A stretch of 64,000 bases of DNA, taken from an uncultured Acidobacteriota bacterium (GTDB taxonomy: Bacteria; Acidobacteriota; Terriglobia; Acidiferrales; UBA7541). The notes beneath the pieces were generated by a model that was not told the origin of the DNA, did not search any database, and saw only the letters and a list, made by a program, of their open reading frames with translations. Positions 58,932-64,000 of this stretch are shown here, piece after piece (within the stretch, counting starts at the first letter, position 1; every line of letters begins with the position of its first letter). The DNA lies in assembly GCA_963782135.1 (NCBI GenBank), contig CAWAIG010000002.1, positions 456,756 to 520,755 on the forward strand. Reading direction: 5' to 3'. Position numbers and translations under genes: made by a program.

Positions 58932-61900
58932 TTATTTCTTCGCTTTCGGGGGACAACCATCCTTTATCCACTTGCTGAATTCAGATGTCGGGTGCGGCCA
59001 GTTCTGGAATTCAGTGTCGGGAAGTCCGTACTGTTTGAACAAGTCGAAGATCGCAGCATCACTAAGTAAAGTGAGACCGTGCACTTCCTCATGAAGCAAG
59101 TCCGCTATACGTTGGTCTCGCGGTTCATTCAAGTATCCGGGGCCTAGCACGATGACTGGCTGCTTACCAGTGGTAATAGTGTAAGCGTCGGGGGTTGGGT
59201 AAACTTGGAAAAAGGTGAAACCAAGCGTTACATTGCTTCCATTTCCACTTACATCATTCTGAGTCTTACTCGCATTTGGACTCTGTTCCGAAGGAACAGT
59301 ATAAATTGGTATCTTCGAGGCAGCTTGATTGAAGGCATTCGCAAAATCTTCTGCACAGAGGCCAGTTTTAAAGGCCTTTGCAAAGACCTTCGCGCAACGT
59401 GAGTTGGGATCTAGCCGCGCGTAGTTTCCCTTCGGGTCAATGAGCATGGTGGGGGAGTTGCCAACATAGGAGTAGAAGTTTGTTCCTCCATTATATCCAA
59501 TTGGATCTTCACTCAAGAACCGCCCGGACTGCGGGTCGTAGTACCTGGCACGGTAATAGTAGAGACCAGTTTCAAGGTCCGATTCCCGCGCCGTATATTG
59601 GAACGGATTGGTGAGGGATCCGCTCGAAGCCGTTTGATTTCCGAACGAATCGAACGTATACGTCTGTGCCAGCGCGCCTGCGCCGCTGCTCAATGACGTG
59701 ATCGAGCCTAGGCCATCTGTCTGGTAGTAACTCGTCGTGGAGCTACGCAGCATGGCCAACGGTTCGTCGATGTTCAAGCCTTGAGAGTAGCGCGCGACGA
59801 CTCCACCCGACGAGTTGGTCTCTTCGATGAGATTATCGCCGTCGTACGCGTAGACGCTCGTCGCCGTGGACGACGACTTGTAAATGCGCCGTCCAAACGG
59901 GTCGTACTTGAAGCTTACGGTCCCGCCGGAGCCGGGCAAGGTGACGCTGCTCATGCGGTTTTCGTAGTCCCAGAAGTATTGCGTCGTGTTCGAACCCACA
60001 ACTTTTGTCAGCGTGTTGCCATTATGGTCGTAGGTGTAGGTGGCGTTCGAAGTCGAGGTCAACTCGTTCGAGGAATTATTCGTGTACGAAGAAACGCCTA
60101 GCGAAGCCGTGCGATTGCCCACCGGATCGAAGCTGTAGCTTTCCGTCGTGCTCGTTCCCTGCTTGGCTTGCGTCAGCTCGTAAATAGAATCGTAGGTATA
60201 GTTCGAGGTTACACCAGCGTATAGATCGGACTTCGCCGTGCGGTTTCCGGCGTTATCCACCGCGTAGCTTGCGCCATCCAAGGTTGTGCCGGACTTAGCG
60301 TGCGTAACCGAGAGCAACCGAGACAAATTGTCGTAACTGTAGCTAGTGTTCACGCTGTTCGGACGCGTCAAACTAGTGCGGTGGCTCAGCGCATCATAGC
60401 CGAACCCGAAATTGCCGCTCGAAATCGCCGTGGGCGGTGTCAGCGTTTGCAACCGATTCAGCGTGTCGTACGCATACGTGCTCGAACCGCTCTCCGGGTC
60501 GGTGAACCCGGTGCGGTTTGAAGCGGCGTCGTAGCTGTACGCAGTAGTGAAGTTCCGCGACGTCAGGAAACTGTAGCTCGTCGTGGTGCCCGTCAGCCGC
60601 CCCATGTTGTCGAAGGTAAAGGAGTACGTCCCCGTAGGCTCGACCACCTGGGTCAGGCGTGAGTCGTTATCGTACGTGTAATTCACCGTGGTGGTATCAG
60701 GATACGTTTTCTGCGTTAGCCGGTTCAACTGGTCGTAAGTGTAGGAAATGTACTGGCCCTTGCGGTCAGTTTTGCTGGTTAGGTTTCCGACTGCGTCGTA
60801 GGAATATGTCTCCGTGAGGTTCGAGGGGAACGTGGTTTTCGTAACCCTGCCGAAGGCGTCGTAAGAAAACGAGGTCGTGTTACTGTTCGCGTCCTTGATG
60901 CTGGTCAAATTGCTTTCGGTGTCGTACCCGTAGGTGGTGACGTTGGTGGCCGCGTCCGTAACGGTCAGCAACCGGTCGGCGTCGTCATAGGTATAGCTCG
61001 TCACTTTGCCGTTCTGGTCGGTGACGGAAGTCCGCCGCCCGCGATAGTCGTAGGCAAACTGCGTGGTCGTTGTGTCGGGATACGTGATTTTGGTCAACCG
61101 ATCCATGGAATCGTAGGTGAACGTGGTTTGGTGGCTCAGCGCATCGGTAACGGACGTGCGGTTCCCGTGGGAATCATAACCGTAGGTCGTCACATTATTT
61201 TGTACATCGGTGATCGTGGAGATCAGCCCCGCGCTTGTGTACGTCAGCGTCGTTGCGTGGCTCAGCGGGTCGGTGATGGTCGTTAACTCGCCCAGCGAAT
61301 TGTAGCCAAAGGACGTGACGCTCGCGGCGGTGTTGCCGTTGGGCGTCGGCGTCGTCACGCTGGTTAGATTTCCTTTCGCGTCGTAAGTATTCGTGGTTAC
61401 GTTGCCAAGTGGATCGGTAGCTGTCAGCACCTCGTTGAGGCTGTTGTACGTGTACGTCGTCGTTGCCGTTGTGGATGAAGTGATCGGAACGGTGACGGTC
61501 AAGACGTTCCCATTCGAGTCGTACGTATATGTCGTGTTGTGGCCGTTTTCATCCGTTCTCGAAAGGGCGTTGCCGTTCGAGTCGTAGGTATAGCTGATCG
61601 TCCCGCGCAAGCTACAGCTTGAGCAGCCAGAACCTTGGACTTTCAGAGGAAGCCATCGCCCGGCGATTTGTTCGGACGTGTAGGTGGTTTGGTTTCCGAG
61701 CGAGTCCGTGAGATTGGCCGTGGATGTCGGATGGAAGGTTGGCCCGAACACGTACGTGGTTGCCACGCCCACACCGACGGGGCCACTGTAAGCGACGGGT
61801 ATCGTCGCCACGATTTGCGTGTCGCTCCAAGTGTTCACGCTCGCGGCTACGCCGGGATAGAAAACAACCACGCTGTTGCTCTGCGATGAACCGAAACCCG

Positions 61901-62620
61901 TACCTGTAATCGTCACGGTGCTGCCTGCTGGTCCCGATGTCGTTGAGAGTCCCGTTACTGTGAGTGCCTCAAGCACCGTGAATTGAACACCGCTACTGGT
62001 CACGCCATCTCGGATGACGGTCACTGGACCACTAGTCGCATTCGACGGCACTGACACCGTGATGCTGGTGTCGCTCCACGACGTTGCCGTCGCGGCTACG
62101 CCATTGAACTGCACTTGGCTGCTGGACTGGCTCCCGCCAAATCCCGAGCCGCTAATGGTAATAAGACCAAGTGACTGAGCGGCCGCAGGCGTTAGGCTGC
62201 TGATCGTGGGTTTGATAACAGTGAATGTGGAAGTGGACGGACTTTGGACGCCGCCCACAGTAACTGTGACGAGGCCGGTTGTTGCACCACTCGGAACAGT
62301 GGCAACAATCTGTGAGTTTGCCCAACTCGTAATCGTCGTGGCGTTTGTGGTGTTAAAGCTGACGGTGCTTGTTCCCTGCGTAGAACCGAAATTCGAACCT
62401 ACAATTGTGACAGACGTTCCCGCGCCTCCAAGACTCGGGGAAATGCCGGTAACGAATGGCGTGGAACCAACCGTGACAGAAACGTTGTCGAAGGTGGCGG
62501 TCGCAGAGCTTGTCGTGCTGCCGCTGGTCACTGCTAACCCAATTAAAACGTTCGTAGCCATGCTGATAGTCTGGCTCGACGCCAACTGCGTCCACGTGAT
62601 GCCGTCCGGTGAAGTATAGC
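58932..62620 (-). CDS. Main Rhs protein (partial lectin-like domain, 3 IPT/TIG, YD repeats, core, HEEVH metallopeptidase-like tip), apparently 5'-truncated
   Basis: Three ITGxGFG/SWSDTxI-type IPT repeats; YD repeats; YYYRARYYDP...DPKG; LLHEEVH; begins mid-domain with no signal peptide. Confidence 0.85.
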
Positions 62621-62657
62621 GGGTGCCCCAGACGCCGGGCTTGCGTCTGGGGTTTTT
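62621..62657 (+). repeat. REP-like hairpin GGGTG-CCCCAGACGC-7nt-GCGTCTGGGG-TTTTT
   Basis: Perfect 10-bp stem; degenerate relatives at 51186-51222 and 54505-54542. Confidence 0.65.
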
Positions 62658-62906
62658 GAGTTTTCTTCCCGCCTCCCCATCTCCGTTCAATCCCCGTAAT
62701 AGCCGTTCAACCCCCAATTTCGACTATTCCCTGTAAATGTCTTTACCTTCTCGCCAACTCCATGCTACACTCCTTCATGTTGTCCTCGCCGAATCCGCAA
62801 ACCTTCTCCTCCATCCACCCCACGCCCGCTTTTTCCCTGGCCTCCTCTACTTCCTTTACCTCCTTCACTTCCTTTGCTTCATCCTGCTCCCAACCGGCCC
62901 CCCGGC

Positions 62907-63193
62907 TAACTCCTTTGTTTGCCACTCTTACCGACCCCTCGCAACTCGCTGAAAATTCAGCCACTTTAAGTCCTTTCCCTGCCACTCTTACGAGCCGCGT
63001 CAAGCATAAGTCCTTTGTTTGCCACTCTTACGAAAAACACCGGGGGTGGGGGGATACTCACTTTCCGTCAAGTTCTTGCTCTGTTTTTCGGCTGTATGTA
63101 ACTTATTCAGAATCAACACTTACACAACTGAGACAAAACAAACAACTTTATCTTCCTTTAGAATCAACACTTATGAAAAATACAGGGGGAGGG
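62907..63193. repeat. Cluster of five ~25-bp TAA...CTTA(C) units in two sub-elements, each ending in A-run + G-run
   Basis: TAA(C/G)TCCTTT(GTT/CCC)TGCCACTCTTAC at 62907, 62967, 63007; AGAATCAACACTTA units at 63098-63123 and 63148-63174. Confidence 0.85.
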
Positions 63194-63229
63194 CCTCTAT
63201 CGTTAACTAAAAATCCCATCCACAACTAG

Positions 63230-63898
63230 CCAGGACGAAGCGCGCTTCCTGTATCTCGTCGCCACCCACTCCGATTCCTCACGGTTGGCGAAGTAACGCG
63301 CTTGTTGGAAGCTCTTAGGGAGCCGGAACGGACGTTGGTGCTCGCAGCCGTTCTGACCGGAATGCGAATCGGAGAGCTACTCGCGCTGCGGTGGAGAAAT
63401 GTGGACCTCGAACGCAAGGTCAGCCGCGTTCGTGAAGCTGTTTATGAAGGCCACAACTCTACACCAAAAACGCAGGGCAGCATCCGAGACGTTCCTATGG
63501 GACCGGCACTTGAGCACGCACTTCGCCAGCATGGTGCGCGCAGCCGAACTTCAGATGATTCACTCGTCTTCCCCAGTCGCAACGGAAGTTATCTACGACC
63601 CGGAAATCTGCACAAGCGCTACTTGCATCCCGCGTGCGCGAAGGCGGAGCTCCGACGTTTCAGTTGGCATGACTTCCGACGAACGCACGCGACGTTGCTT
63701 AGCGACATGGGCGAACCGTTAAAAACGGCACAGGCGCAACTTGGACACGCAAGCCTGAGCACAACAGCGGAACTCTACGCACAAGCAGTCCCCGCCTCGC
63801 AGAGAGCCGCTGTAGAAAGGCTTGAAAAGGCTGTGGGTTTCTTAGTGGACCCAAGTGGACCCAAAATCGGGGGGTCATTCAACCGGGGAGTTTGCTAA
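63230..63898 (+). pseudogene. 5'-truncated phage-type tyrosine integrase (catalytic domain only)
   Basis: RFLTVGEV, TGMRIGE, PKT, HDFRR, LGH, AELY; in-frame TAG at 63227 and no N-terminal binding domains; adjacent to the tRNA. Confidence 0.85.
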
Positions 63899-63922
63899 TT
63901 CAATGAAGGGCAGCTATTTAGG

Positions 63923-63999
63923 TGGCGCGCCCGGGGGGACTCGAACTCCCGACCTTCTGGTTCGTAGCCAGACGCTCTATCCAACTGAGCTACGGGCGC
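63923..63999 (-). tRNA. tRNA-Arg(ACG)
   Basis: GCGCCCG/CGGGCGC acceptor stem, D-arm, TCTGG-CTACGAA-CCAGA anticodon arm, TTCGA loop, encoded CCA; 77 nt. Confidence 0.97.
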
Positions 64000-64000
64000 G

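Larger units (their letters stand above)
48497..63968. mobile_element. ~15.4-kb genomic island integrated in the 3' end of tRNA-Arg(ACG)
   Basis: 46-bp direct repeat 48497-48542 / 63923-63968; integrase next to the tRNA; toxin/immunity cargo. Confidence 0.9.

Noticed and set aside
62907-63174. Possible CRISPR array
   Set aside because: Only 3+2 units, very unequal spacers (35, 15, ~24 nt), two unit types and no cas genes in the window.
63109-63174. AATCAACACTTA as IHF sites
   Set aside because: Spacing is WATCAA-N3-TTA, one base short of the IHF consensus; not asserted.
62743-63229. Short ORFs with EVKEVKEVEE / SFRINTYEK / FVCHSY peptides
   Set aside because: Translations of the non-coding repeat cluster.

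Overview
GC-rich bacterial DNA; the gene repertoire and intergenic repeat style suggest Acidobacteriota (inference). 1-22 kb holds housekeeping and accessory genes (yggU, OYE oxidoreductase, yggS, tmk, holB, divergent hfq, bshA, GH10, GbsR cluster, assorted oxidoreductases and hydrolases). 22.7-32 kb holds a large FG-GAP/ASH surface protein divergent from an ECF sigma / zf-HC2 anti-sigma / lipoprotein-like TPR-CHAT protease operon; both sides share a candidate promoter, GATACA-N16/17-CACT. 32.8-40.3 kb is a c-di-GMP/two-component cluster with many single-base frameshifts, probably sequencing errors. 40.4-48 kb is a GH2 + TonB-dependent receptor + membrane-spanning malectin regulator locus. 48.5-64 kb is a ~15.4-kb island in the 3' end of tRNA-Arg(ACG), bounded by a 46-bp att duplication with TGGACCCA arm-like repeats. 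It carries two tyrosine recombinases and five Rhs C-terminal toxin/immunity pairs in both orientations, plus Rhs and recombinase relics, REP-like hairpins and an unexplained 25-bp repeat family. The best candidates for an undescribed system are (i) a recombinase-linked, possibly invertible Rhs toxin-cassette array aimed at the cell envelope, and (ii) the sigma/anti-sigma/CHAT proteolytic signalling module. All calls come from manual motif recognition; no searches were run.
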